From: Octopus vulgaris
Lineage: Eukaryota
Assembly (NCBI GenBank): GCA_951406725.2
Contig: OX597819.1
Span: 39,618,001 to 39,682,000, forward strand
Direction of reading: 5' to 3'
DNA: 64,000 nucleotides
The translations under genes were made by a program, and so were the position numbers. Shown here in pieces: positions 24,880 to 38,969 of this stretch; the stretch's first letter is position 1; the number at the start of each line of letters is the position of its first letter. The notes under the pieces are model-generated. The model saw only the letters and a list, made by a program, of their open reading frames with translations, was not told the DNA's origin and did no database searches.

Positions 24880-25322
24880 CATATGCATGTATGTGTGTGT
24901 ATGCGCGTGTGTACAACGAGAAGCAATATAGAAATAAAACGGAATATAAAGATAAGAGAATGTAAAATAATGGAATGAAGAACCTCATCCATAACTCTGA
25001 TGGATAGTTTATTGATTCATTATCAACACCTTTCAATGATGACTGGGTGAATTATCATATTCTTAGAAATAAGCTGATTATCTTTCGTATTAATACAATT
25101 AAACAATGAATACCAATGTCTGCTTTGTTCCGACGAGAATTCCTCGTAAAGCAGCAGCACATGCAGAAATGGAGGCACCATAAAACGTTTTCTTGTCTCA
25201 TTGATTAGATTCAATGCGTTAATAACTGCAATTTCTACAATCCAATTGTTTTATTTAAGTCGTCGGCATTCAGGGTATACCAGCGTGCCCCAAAGACGTC
25301 TAACGCTATCCTACTACTACTG

Positions 25323-25372
<50 letters not shown>

Positions 25373-25776
25373 GCTGCTACTTCTACTACTACTACTGCTG
25401 CTGCTGCTGCTGTTGCTGCTGTTGTTGTTGATGTTCTGGTTGTTGTTTTGTATGGAATTTAGAAGCATTAAGCACGAAGTTACGCCATTTTGCTTAGTTG
25501 CAATTTCATTTATTATTGTTATTATTTTCTTTTTGTTTTAATGATATATCTCGGATTTTATCAGATTCCAAGAGAACAATATTCCTGATAGTTTGGTGTC
25601 TATCCTTGTAACACATATATGTATCAGAAGAATTTGTTCTAGCTCTCTTCTTTCTCTGTCTCAACGCTCACACACAGACACACACATGCATGCACGTACA
25701 CACGCACTCACACACTCATATCATGTTGACAAGATTCAACATAATGTCTACGTAAGTATTGGTATTAATGCCTATT

Positions 25777-25777
<1 letters not shown>

Positions 25778-25818
<41 letters not shown>

Positions 25819-26221
25819 AGAAGAAGAAGAAGAAGAAGAAGAAGAAGAAGAAGAAGAAGAAGAAGAAGAAGAAGAAGAAGAAGAAGAAGAAGAAGAAGAA
25901 GAAGAAGAAGAAGACGAAGAAGAAGAAGAAGAAGAAGAAGAAGAAAAAGAAAGAAGAAGAAGAAGAAGAAGAAGAAGGAAAGAAAGGAAGAAGAAGAAGA
26001 AGGAAAGAAAGGAAGAAGAAGAAGACGAAGACGAAGAAGAAGAAAAAGAAGAAGAAGAAGAAGAAGAAAAGAAGGAAAGAAAGGAAGAAGAAGAAGAAGA
26101 AGGAAGAAAGGAAGAAGAAGAAGAAGAAGAAGAAGAAGAAGAAGAAGAAGAAGAAGAAGAAGAAGAAGAAGAAAAGAAGAAGAAGAAGAAGAAGAAGAAG
26201 AAGAAGAAGAAGAAGAAGAAG

Positions 26222-26251
<30 letters not shown>
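25778..26251. repeat. Compound (GAC)n-(GAA)n-(CAA)n microsatellite, ~470 bp
   Basis: Direct inspection; about 400 bp is almost pure purine on the + strand. Confidence 0.95.
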
Positions 26252-26256
<5 letters not shown>

Positions 26257-26837
26257 CAGCGACAACAACAAGTGTTGCCCATCTGCATGTGTCCCAATCA
26301 ACCAGCTTCGTCTTCTCAACTTCTTACAAGATTAAAGTTGGCCGTGATTAGGAATCCCCAGAATTTTGAGCCATTTCCTAGCTGATCAAAGTGATCATAC
26401 TTAAAATCGACATCTCGTAGACAAAGTTTCTTTCCGTATGCTTGTTAAATTTGGTGATTAATATATCCGGCTTAATTTTAAGTGTTTCTCTTTACTTATA
26501 GATATCGTGGTATTACAAGAAAAGATCTACAATAGTCTCTGGCTCGTAGATCTGTACATTATTAAGTGCCTTTTACTATAGTCTTTAGTTGAGTTATGCT
26601 TTGTAAGAGGAATGATAGATTTGGTAGACGGAAACTGTACGTAAACTTTATCTTAGGAGTGCGTGTATTAGTTTGTTTCGGCGTGGGCGTATATAAATCT
26701 AAACGTACATACATACATACATACGTGAATACATGAATACATACATACATACATACATACATACATACATACATGTATACATGCATACATACATACATAC
26801 ATACATACATACATACATACATACATACATACATACA

Positions 26838-27314
26838 TTATGGTTGTCCCCTCGTTATCGAGTATGGCCATTGCACAAAGCTTAACTGTTACTGGTACTG
26901 TGATCGAATGTGACTTTTTAGCCCAGCTAAAGATCTACAATGTCTTGTACAAAATTGGCAGCTAAAACCTTTACCGGTAATAGCCGGCTGTAGTTGTAAC
27001 TGGGCTTCATGTACCTTTGCATGTCGTTTAAGTCCTCCCACCGAATTACACTCTCTTCCACATGCCCGACGGATTTGATTAGTATGGTGTGTTACACCAC
27101 CACCAGTGGCCAGGTTGTCACTCATCTGTCTCGCTTTATGACGACGAAGATAGCTCTTGAGTCCAGCTTTACTGAGGCAGGGTCTTGCACAGACACTGCA
27201 TGTCAGCATCATAGGAAGACCCTACCAATCTGGAAGTGTAACAGCGATGCCCTTCCTCACATCCCTCCTTACTTTCTCATGTGCAACTCGAGATTTCTCA
27301 AAAGTGGTTGTCTC
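26838..27314 (-). pseudogene. RTE-type LINE 3' end with three C2H2-like fingers and (TATG)n tail
   Basis: TTFEKSRVAHEKVRR...CSVCARPCLSKAGLKSYLRRH...CGRECNSVGGLKRHAKVH...CQFCTRHCRSLAGLKSHIRS. The 3' terminus TGCAATGGCCATACTCGATAACGAGGG is shared with 46655-46700. Confidence 0.75.
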
Positions 27315-27789
27315 ACATACATACATACATACATACATACATACATACATACATACATACATACATACATACATACATTTCTTAGTTTCATGGAAAAGGA
27401 GCGAAAGAAACTGACCCGGATTCTCCAAATCCAGTCTAGTAATGGCACAGTGAAGATTTGTTGGATGTTCCAAAATTTCTCTATCTGAGATTTGTATGCG
27501 AAAAGATGCACATACTTGGATGTACGCATTGACAGTTCAACCAAAAGACCATTTCAAACACATTTTTACAAACACCGGGAACTCTTTGAACTCAAAAAGT
27601 TTTACTTTATTAAAGGACAAAAGCTTATACAACACTTTTGACACTCTCCCGGACGCCAGTGACAGGCCTTACAAGGTGACTGAGACTATTTTGACTGTAA
27701 GTTTTGTGTCAGAATATCTTTCTCCAGTAGGAGCTATCTTCGCCACGGCTTTATCAAAAATGACGGGAGCCTCCTCTGTCCCTGGGAAG

Positions 27790-27958
27790 TACTTAACCCA
27801 TAGATGGAACCTGGGTAGGTACAAACGTTCTGGATCAGAAAGTATCTGGGAGTAATGGTGATTAAGGGGTGACTCCATGCTCCCCACCATTCCAGAGGCT
27901 CCGAACTGGAACTTCGACACCAGATGTAGCTTTTAATATCATATGATACCCAGGACAC
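27790..27958 (+). repeat. Interspersed repeat fragment
   Basis: ACCCATAGATGG...CTGGGAGTAATGG...CCAGGACAC, with a weakly similar inverted segment at ~51170-51345. Confidence 0.45.
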
Positions 27959-27989
27959 ACACACACACATATGTATGTGTGTGTGTGTG

Positions 27990-28032
<43 letters not shown>

Positions 28033-28158
28033 ATGTATGTATGTATGTATGTATGTATGTATGTATGTATGTATGTATGTATGTATGTATGTATGCATAT
28101 ATATGTATGTATGCATGTATGTATTCATATAGGTGTATTAGTTTAACGATCGGGAAGA

Positions 28159-28198
<40 letters not shown>

Positions 28199-28201
<3 letters not shown>

Positions 28202-28353
28202 AAATAATATGTGACAATTACTCGGTAGCCAAGATAAAACTCTGAGTTTCGGATGCCGAGGTGGAAATCCACAACACCATCTCTTCGAAGAGATAAATTT
28301 CCTCTATTTACATAATATTGAGGTCTCTTTCTTTTGTTATCTTACCGTTTTTA

Positions 28354-28359
<6 letters not shown>
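28199..28359. mobile_element. Family G element (inverted two-part insertion, HHR truncated at core)
   Basis: 28199-28287 is antisense to the HHR region and 28290-28359 is the sense 3' end. Junction palindrome ATCTCTTCGAAGAGAT. (TA)n flanks. Confidence 0.8.
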
Positions 28360-28388
<29 letters not shown>

Positions 28389-28840
28389 TCACACTCATGC
28401 ACACACAGGCGCACTGACATATCTGCACACATGCTTATGCACGCAGAAACTCACACTGCATTATGTATTAAGTTCTTTTTCTTCCATTTGTAAAATCCCC
28501 TGTATAAGCGCGTAGAGTGTAGTTTATGTGTGCATATTTAAATATAACCCGAGATGTATGCATCCCCGTCAATTTCGACAGTCCATTTAGCTGGCAAAAA
28601 TGAGTAATCCTGCGACTAAACGGCGTCCCGTCCAGGTGGGGGAATATGTACGCCAAGGAAACTGGGAAACCGCTCCTTATGAGTCGGTATGACACGGAAA
28701 GGAACTCTAATTTACCAAAGATTCTGTCAGTTCGCCGCCTTAATTGAAATAAAAGTACATTAATTCCTGTTACTGAGAACTCTTTCTTCCAACAAACAAC
28801 ACTAAACGTTTTTATCTATCTATTTCTCTCTCTCTATCTC

Positions 28841-28918
<78 letters not shown>

Positions 28919-29523
28919 TATAGATATATATGTAATTAAATAAATAACAAAGGAACAGGAAACGATGCAATGAACTTCATTAGCACAAAGCTGTTTCTGC
29001 TGCCAGAAGCAGTTCACTCAAAGTTGAGTGCATGTGCCTCACCTACTAGCTTCCTCGGAACTTCAAAAATAAAGTGCAAGTTTATTTGGAAAAGCGTTTA
29101 CTTATGAGTATATAGAATATGTGTGTATGTGTGTTTGTGTGTGTGTGTGTATACATGCATACACACATATGTGTATATAAGTATGTTTGTATATAAATAC
29201 GTATCTTTCTTTTTCTCTTTCTATCTGTAGATATATACAAACACACACACGCATACACACGTGCATATATACCTGTGTGTGTGTATGTGTGTGTGTGTAT
29301 GTGTTGATATAAGCATTTCGGTTATAACGAGCTTGGAACGGTATAGGGAAGTAAGCTTGCATAGCGGAAAAAATAGAGAAGCTGCTGCTGCTGCTGCTGA
29401 TAATGATGATGATGATGATGATGATGATGAGTAGTATCATTATGTTCGCGTTAGCGGACTAAAAAATCTCAAATAACACGAACATGAACAGAGACACCAA
29501 AATCATCCGCCGCAGTTAGTAGC

Positions 29524-29593
<70 letters not shown>

Positions 29594-31559
29594 TGCAGCA
29601 GCTCTACAATTAGAAGATGGAAATGATGCTTAAAGACGCAAGTTTAAGGATGTGTCTATCCTTTGTCATCTTTTTAACTTATACGACATGTTGAGTTGTT
29701 CACTCTAAAAGTATTTTCGGTGATTTCCGTCACAGCGGGAGATTTCTGCACTTGTAGATTGGAAACTAATTGAAGGAAACGAAAGAAAGAGAAAATTACG
29801 TATAAAGAGAGAAACGGGAGGAAAATGTAAGAGAGAAGGAGAGATGGTATGAAACCGAGAGCGGAAAGGAGAACGAACGTCAGAAAGAGAAAAGTTAATT
29901 CCGAAAGAAGCGGGAATGGAAATATAAAAAGGAATGAAATTAAAAGAAAGAAGAAACAAAAGTAAAAATGGAATGAAAAGAGAAATGAAGTAAAGGTGAA
30001 ATGAAAGAAATAATGAAAGAGAAGTTTAAATGACAAAAATATGAAACATCATATGAAAGGAAAAATAAGTGCAATGGACTAAAAAAGGAATAAAGAAAGA
30101 ATGAAACGAAAGATGGAAAGTTAATGAAACGACGGAGAAAGAATTGGTTGGAGAAATGAAAGGTGAACTGAAATAAAGTTTAAATGGAGAAATGAAAGAA
30201 GGAAATAGGAAAGACAGGAGAATGAAAGGAAAGATAAGAAAAATGAGAAACGGGCGATGTGTAAAGGTTTCAGATTTAGGCATAAGGCCAGCAATTTCGT
30301 GACATCGACGCCAGTGCTCAATTGGTGCTTATTTTATCAACCCCGAAAGGACGACAGACAAAGTCGATGCCGGTGGCATTTGAACTCAAAACGTAAAGTC
30401 GGAAGAAATGCCGCTAAGCGTTTTGCTTGGCGCTATATTGAAAACGGAAGAAAATTAATCGTGGAAAGGAATAAAATATTCTAACTGAAAGAACAGTAGA
30501 ACAACATTAGGAAAATAGCCATCTATGTACCACGCTTGGTTTATACACACTGCAATATTTCTCCTGAAAAAATCCCCATTTCTTATAGATTTGTTGTGTT
30601 AAAAACAATAAATATCAGACAAAATTCGTCCCTGTGAGCGGCTATTCCCAACATCATTGAAAGTTTCATTCGCTTTTTCCTAAATCAGAGTCGACGAATT
30701 CTCGTCTGAGTATGTGGCTGGTTGCGAGTATGTGCCATTGAAATGACCCCAAAAGTATGTGGTGCTTTCGTTGGTCACTGCTGGGAAAAATTTGTCTCTT
30801 TCTGCTATTTATTGGATTTCTAACACAAGAAGTCTAAGCGATGTCATCTCAGAACAAATGCTGCAATAACTGACCTATCGACAACATGTATATATTAACT
30901 GTGATACATACATAATTAAATATTGCTTTAATTGCTTATACCGTATTAAAAAAATGAACGAAGAAAGAGAAATTAATAGAAATGGATGAAAATTATGAAC
31001 ACGATCCGAATTAACAGCTCAATACTTAGTATGTAGCTGCAGGTTGACGAATAACAGCTGGAAGATGAGTTTGTAGTAGTCAGAGTGTTTCAGGATCGGT
31101 GAAGTTCTTTGATTGGTCCCTAGGTAATGGACATATTACATAGGCATCATATAGTTTTATATACTACGCATATATTTACTTCCGTTGTTTTTTTTTTACT
31201 CTCTCGTGCTATTTCAATCTATCTTGCCGTTGTTTTGCAAATTGACTTACATCCATCACCCTAGTGCTAAATAAAATGCATAGAATACTTTGCTCTGTTG
31301 CTCGAAGTGAGCGAAACGTTTGGAGACGGTTATGGACTTAAGCATCTAAGTCGACGATCTGCTGCGACGCCCAGTGGAAGATGCAAGGTATACAGATAAA
31401 ACTCTGGAACACGTCCATTTCAGTGGAAGCGAGTGTTCCAAACGTTTTTCAACTAGTTAGACAGTCTAGCTGTTGCCAGTGATTGCTGATGTGCAGATAC
31501 GTGCTGGGGCTGCGCTATCTGCAGAAATTCCTGGGTGGTGAGCAGGTGTGGTGCCCCTT

Positions 31560-31810
31560 TTTACCCCTTTCAGCGCTACAGTTGTAGATCAAGACAAGAC
31601 CAGAATTGAGTGCCTGATACCCAGAATGTTGTCCAATGCTCACTGCCCTCTGCCAGTCGAGCAATGCGTTCGTTGATACATACACTTTAGCAATATGTAG
31701 TGAACTAGTGGTGCATAAGAGAGATTACATTCTCGAAGAAACCATAAGCGGCGACGAGAACGAACTGGTTGGTTTGTTCCACTATGGATGTCTTCCGGAA
31801 GTCTGGTTCA
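31560..31810 (-). pseudogene. Decayed RTE-like C-terminal fragment
   Basis: RLPEDIHSG...RSRRR and RLAEGSEHW resemble the RTE RLP...G.R..GR and LA.DR..W motifs. Confidence 0.3.
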
Positions 31811-33051
31811 ATAAAATAAGTACCAGTTGAACACGGGGGTTGATGTGATTGACTAATCCTCTCACACAAAATTGCTGCCCTTGTGGCAAAATTTGAAACC
31901 ATTACTACTTTTAGTAGTGGATTGGTAGAATTATTTAAGCGTTGGACGAAATGCTTGGTGAGTTCCAATTCATTCGCGGTCAGCATTAACATTGCCCTTC
32001 ATTCTCCTGCAACCGATAAAGTAAGTATCAGTCAATCACTAGTTTCATGTCCACCTCTCTCTCATTTTTTTCCTACATGAATGAACAAAGAGAACGCTTA
32101 TACTTGATTAATTCTCTCCTGTACTTGATTGTTATTTCATCAATGTCGGAAAGAAATTGACTGGTGCAGAAAGTGAAGAGCTGGATTAGATTTCAGAAGG
32201 CTTCAAATTTGTGTTGTGGTGCTGGTGGTAGTGGTGGTTCTGGTGTTGGTGATGGCTGTAGTATTTGTGGTTTTTGTGGTGCTGGTGTTGGTGTTGGTGT
32301 GGTGTTGGTGGTGGTGGTGGTGGTGGTGGTGGTGGTGGTGGTGGTGGTGGTGGTTGTGGTGTTGGCGGCGATGGTATAGTTAAATAGACCTCAATAAAAC
32401 AATAGTACTTTTTTTCTTTGAAAATTGGAAGACAAAGACGAGGCAGCGGGATTTGAAACCAGAACCTAAAGAACTGGAGGTAATATTGATTGGAAACAAG
32501 TGTCGTCAGGTTTATAAATCTAGGAAAACAGATTATTAGACAGAAAAGAGAGGAAGAACGAAAGTTAGCCATAAAAAGTGGAGTCGACCAATAAACGTAG
32601 GTAACAAAAGAAGACGTGACTAACTGTTTGGTTCGGACTAAGAACTCTTTGATAGAGCAGAGGAAACGAACGAAGAAATAAGGAACTGAGTGAGGTGTTG
32701 GTAGGGTGAGACAAGGGAAGCGAGAGAAATGACAAGAAAAGTCTTTAGGAGGACGGAGGGAAGACAAATTGATAGAGGAAACTATGTGTTGGTGACAATA
32801 TATATACTTCAAAGAGAAAGTATTAAAATTATAAAGAAATAGAAGAAAGAAGAGGAAGAATAGAAATTGAGAAGGAAAAAAATAGAGTGGTAGAGTGAGA
32901 GAGAGAGGGAGAGAGAGAGAGAGAGAGAGAGAAAGCGGGATCAGAAAACATGAGACAGAGAGAGGGAAACAGGAAACTAGAGTGACAGAGAGAGATTAAA
33001 TGATAATGAAGTTAAAGAAAATAATAATGGTATTAACAATGTTGTTGATGC

Positions 33052-33111
<60 letters not shown>

Positions 33112-33152
33112 AAGAAGAAGAAGAAGAAGAAGAAGAAGAAGAAGAAGAAGAA

Positions 33153-33183
<31 letters not shown>

Positions 33184-33538
33184 AAAGAGAGAGAGAAATT
33201 TGGTTTGAGATGAAAGAACATGGAATGTCTTTGAATCACTGAAGAAAATGGTCTATGTTATCCTTTTGCCATATATTTTTTTCTCTGCTCTTTTCATTAA
33301 GGACCACCTCCCTTTCTAAATAACATGGCGACAGCAGAGTCAAATTTGCACTCTCTATTGCGTGGAGGAAAAAATAGTCGCCTGTGTAGCCGTTGGGTAT
33401 ACATTTTAGAATGTTGCCTATAATTGTTGTCGTAAATAGTGAACTGTTCAAAAGGCGTCACCGCTTAGGTACAAATGTATATATATATATATATATTGTG
33501 TGTGTGTGAACTTACATATCCAAATACCTATCACTTTA

Positions 33539-33569
<31 letters not shown>

Positions 33570-33841
33570 TACACATACACATTCACTACGCTCAAAGACA
33601 CATACTCGCGCACAAACACACACACAAATACACGCACACACATACAAGCTCACATGCAGACACACACATACGTATATATAGTGCATATGTATGAGTAATA
33701 TATATATATATGTATATATATATACGTATATGTGCATATTTATATATGTCTGAATGTATGTAGATACATATATATGCTTATATATGCATATACATAAGTG
33801 TATATATTGTGCATATAGATATACATTTATATCATATACAC

Positions 33842-33907
<66 letters not shown>

Positions 33908-34070
33908 TGTGTATGTGTGTAATATATATTTTATATGTATATATATTTAATATTTTATTTATAAATATATTTTTAGATATTGTATATTATATATATAATA
34001 AATACAGTATATGTATTTTATATATTCTATATATATAACATGAACATTATATATATATATATATATATAT

Positions 34071-34177
<107 letters not shown>

Positions 34178-34423
34178 TTTGTATATACAATGGACATTTA
34201 TAGATTAGAAGTTTACTTCGAAATTCTGTGTTCTGGGTTTGATTCCACTAGGCGGCCGGTCGGATATGGAATATGGTATTGTGGCTTTGTGCAGATCAGT
34301 TGCCATCTCAGTTAAATTTGTTGGTTTAGTGACGTTCTGCTAAAAAATTTACAACTTTTAAAAAAAATCTTTTTTATACTTAGTAAAACTGTATGAAGTA
34401 ATTTTCACAAAAACTTTTAAATG

Positions 34424-34455
<32 letters not shown>

Positions 34456-34477
34456 TGTATGTATGTATGTATGTATG

Positions 34478-34550
<73 letters not shown>

Positions 34551-34554
34551 GCGT

Positions 34555-35752
34555 ATAACTTAGAATAACTTAGAAAGGTTTTGGCCAGTATTGGCCCAGG
34601 CCATGTCTAACTTAATAGCACCACCTGGCGAAGTCTTTCAATTCAGGATTTGGGTACCAAGGCCCATTCGAGCAGAGAGTTATTGTTTGCGGAGACATAT
34701 CCGGGTGTGGGTGGTTTGTCCGGGACTGTTTGAAGGAATTTGTCCAAAGACTTCTTGAATTTTGTGTGGTCAGTTTCTTTTTTGACGTGTCCTGGTGTAA
34801 TGTTGAAGAGAGCGGGTCCAATTGAGGTGAAATAGTTGTGCCGTATTGTCGTTATGTGGTGCGATTTAGATTTTTGTTGTGGACAGATGGCACGTGGTCC
34901 AAGCCTTGGATGTATTTTGAAGGTGATGCCAACATCATTCGGACAGTGCTGATGGAATATTTTCCACATCATACAGATAATGTAGCGTTCACGGCGTCGT
35001 TGGAGTGAATACAGTTTCAGCTTCTCTAGTCTACCCCAGTAGTCAAGGTCTGACATGCCATCTAACTTTTTTGTGATTGACCTTTGGGGAGCTTCAATTC
35101 TCATAATATTTTGTTTTGTGTAGGGAGACCACAGTGGACAGCAGTATTCAAGGTGGGGTCGGGCAAAAGTGGAGAAGAGAAGGATAATAGTGTGGGAATC
35201 TCTCGACTGGAAGGTTCTGAGAATCCAGGAACACATTCTGCGGGCCATGTCAACTTTGCTGCTTATATGTGTAGCCCAGCTTATGTTGTTGTCCACTGTT
35301 ACTCCCAAGTTTCTGATGTTGTTGGATGCCATGAGAATTTCTCCAGAAGGAAGGGAGTATGGGAGTTTCAGAGCGTTCTCCCTTCCAAAGTGGATCAGTT
35401 CGAATTTGTCTTCGTTTAGCAACATGTTATTCTTTTCCGCCCATTGGACAACAGCCAGTAGGTCTGACTGAAGGCTTATTCGGTCATCCACGCCGTTGAT
35501 GACCTTCTGGAGCTTGGAATCATCAGCAAAGGTTCTGATGTTACTGTGTTTGATGGTGTCAGTAATATCATTTATGTAGATGATGAAGAGAAGTGGGCCC
35601 AACACAGTGCCTTGTGGGACACCACTGCTGACTTTGGCTGGGCTGGATTTGACTCCTTCGACTACAACATGTTGGGTTCTGTTAGACAGGAAGCACTTGA
35701 TCCACTGCAGCAGCTTTCCAGTGACACCAATATTGGACAGCTTTCTCAGAAG
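34555..35752 (-). mobile_element. 5'-truncated CR1/Jockey-group LINE; reverse transcriptase C-terminal ORF (34643-35605) open
   Basis: SGVPQGTVLGPLLFIIYINDI...FADD RT motifs, LEYCCPLWSP and LYSLQRRRER. A short 3' UTR ends in (TTCTAAGTTA)2 next to (TA)n. Confidence 0.92.
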
Positions 35753-36589
35753 TACTGGTCCGAATTTTGACTAAAGAAAACAAGTGATCAAATGTTATAT
35801 TTAATTGGAATTTAATCGTCAATGTACTTTCTCTGATTATCTATGACTTCCTTCCATCTATTTACAAGCTTTTTAATCCCATCAATGTAAAACTCTTTTG
35901 GTTTCAAAACGAAGGACTCTGAAATCTCAGTTTCGATCTCCTCCTGGCTTGCGAAAGTTATGTCCCCCAAATGATTCAGTAAACTACGAAACAAATGGTA
36001 GTCTGAAGGAGCAAGGTCGGGAGAATAAAGTGGATGAAGAATTTTTTTCGCAACCAAGCTTCGATCTTCTGTGATGTGATATTTGCAGTGTGGGGTCGCG
36101 CATTGTCCTGATGAAACATAACTCCTTTTCGATTCACTAAAGTGGGTCTTTTTTTCTTCAAAGCTTGGTTCAAACGCTCAAATTGCTGACAGTAGACTTG
36201 AGCATTGATTGCTGCATTAGGTGGTAACAATTCAAAGTGAATTACTCCTTCACAATCCGACCAAAAAGAGAGAAATCTTTTCTATGAAGCTCCCTTCTCG
36301 GTTGTGGTTGAGCCTTTTCCCTTTTACCAAGCCACTGTTTACGACGTTTAACATTTCGATAGAAGATCCATTTTTCTTGATCAGTCAAAAGTTTATAGAA
36401 AAAGGGTGAAATGAGTTCGCGAGAAGGAGAGAAGAGCAGATGTCAACTCGGGATTTGCGGTTGCTTTCAGACAATTCCTGAGGCACCCATTTTCCACGTT
36501 TAGGAACCTTTCCAAGTTGTTGAAGATGACGATGAACAGTTGCATGGTTTGAGCTAAGCTTTATTGCCAATTCTTCATCTTATGACCTG

Positions 36590-36592
<3 letters not shown>
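35753..36592 (-). pseudogene. Mariner transposase pseudogene (frameshifted, 5' deleted)
   Basis: WVPQEL, FHQDNARPHT and HPLYSPDLAPSDYHLFRSL motifs spread over three ORF fragments. Confidence 0.9.
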
Positions 36593-36674
<82 letters not shown>

Positions 36675-38269
36675 TATATATGTAAAGATATAAGCAAAAT
36701 AATTGAGATTCAGATGAATCAGGTACTTGAGTTGTGGCACCAAAAATTAGTGCGGAATTATCCGTACAGTTTCAAAATAAAGTGAATAAAATTAAAATAA
36801 ACAACGTTTAATTGAACAATGCAATCATTACATAAATTGAAATGCAGAGCTATGCTCTGCCGCATAAATAAATAAATAGTATTAATTTAATCAGTCAGAC
36901 ACATTTGTATAAGTTTACCTAAATCCTGTAAGAGGGTAAGAAGACAGACAAAGTCCATGCTGTATTCACTTCAGCTTAGAAGCTACTAAGGACATCAGGA
37001 AAAAAGCTTGTTAGAGGTCTAGCTTGTCACTGATTTTTGGGTCGGTTTTAATTCATAGTCCTGTTTATCAAATTTTTGTATATCAAAATCTAAGACCAAA
37101 GAGCATTGTCTGTTGTTAAGGGACCTGAGGGAGTTGACAGAATCATCGTGGGTATAGTCATAAAACTTGTCAAGATTAATTTGAAATAATATGAAGTAAC
37201 TGTCTATAATGAGGTTTGGTAAAGGAAGATCTTAAATCAAGATGTTAGTTGCCAGTTAAAGGGGCAAGACTCTAATAAAACCAATGATGATAATACAATG
37301 GAAATTTTATCATGAGGTACTATAGTTGAATGATTTAAACAATATTGTTATATTGTATAAAGATAAAATTTAGGGTAATCAAGAAAAATATTAAGAATAT
37401 TATAACCAAAAGGATGAATTTTTGAATACTTTTGAGTATCAAAATTTACAACAATAGGGGGAGAAAAGAAATGACATAGAATTAGTTTAATATTTATTCA
37501 TATACTTAAATATTTACTTATTAGATAGTATCTATGAATATTGATCACTGGTATTTACTGGCATTTAATAAAGGAGTACTGGGTCGACAGAACATGCTAA
37601 CTATGTATTAATTATAATGTAAGAGGTATATTATCAGTTGTAAAGCTACCGGTGCTGTTATATATAAGCTAATATAAATATCTAAGGGTACAAAAATTAG
37701 GTTTATTTTCATAAAGGCTTTTATAAAAATAATATGATCAGGTAGGGTAGAACACCATAGAAAGGAATAAAGAGATTAATCACTAAAACCATGATGAAGC
37801 ATATATACCTTTTTATCGTCAATAGAAAAGAGAAGATTATATAGGAATTGTTTAATAATTCAATCATTTAAAACTAAATTATTTATTTATTAGGTAGTAT
37901 CTATAAAGACTGCTATCTGGTATTAACTAGTGGAATATTTAGGCTATAGAACATGCAAACTACATATTAATTATAAACTAACAGGTATAATATAAGTTTT
38001 AAAAGTTACCAGTGTTAATCCATACATGATAATATAGTTTCATTTGGGGTACTTACATAAAGGTCTTTATAAAAATAACAGGATGGTGGAACACTATAGA
38101 AAGGGATAAATAGATTAATTACTAAAACCATGATGAAGTTAGACTAACTAGGCAGGAATATTCATAGGATAGTATACTAACTACAGGTAGCACTCTAACT
38201 TACTATACAATAATATCTTATATTATATGCAATGTACTTTAATTACTCATGTAACTGAAATCACCTAAA

Positions 38270-38322
<53 letters not shown>

Positions 38323-38969
38323 AGAGAGGGTACGTACGTCGCTATATATATATATATAAAAATACAAACTGGGACAAGAACGCAAAACATTTAGGAGACG
38401 ATACAAAAACACGGACGGGACATTCGAAGCCTTCAATCTTCAGTCAAGAACCGGATCATCCTCGCAATATATATATATATATATAATTACGGAAACAACG
38501 TGCATTCATATAAAGAAATATGTAAAGCTGTATATTCGTCCAAAGAAATGCTGAATTTTTCAGAGTTCTTTTTTTTTCGTTTAATTATTGACGTTAAGTT
38601 ATCTGTGTTGAATAAAAATCATTCTTCTGTAATACTAAACATTTATCTGAAAAAAAAAACCTCGCCAAACGTTTAACTAAAGCATTCATGGAAATCCATC
38701 TATTAAGATCAACAAATTTAGATATTGCTTCCTCTATAGTGTCAGTCTAATTTTCCACGAAGATTATTTTCTTTTTGTCCATGCTTTTCGTAGACTGAAC
38801 GCCTTTCGGTCATATGAGTGATCGTCTCGTGACGATTAATTTGGACCAAAACATTGTATTTGAAACGATCTCATGAACACTTGCAAAAGAATTAGTGAAA
38901 CAAAATTATTAATTCTCAGGTACATCAATATCTGTCTATCTCTCTATCTAGCTAGCTATCTTTTTCCCA

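Noticed and set aside
26889-27212. C2H2 zinc-finger host gene exon
   Set aside because: It is frameshifted relative to the upstream RTE-like coding segment and followed directly by a retroposon terminus and tail.
31286-31326. GCTC-gaagt-GAGC-GAAA-CG-TT half-hammerhead
   Set aside because: The core is reduced to CTGTT. At best this is a dead remnant.
38355-38470. Minus-strand CTGAAGA in a (TA)n-flanked insert
   Set aside because: It is followed by GAAT rather than GAAA and no consistent three-way junction forms. It may be a truncated PLE-type fragment.
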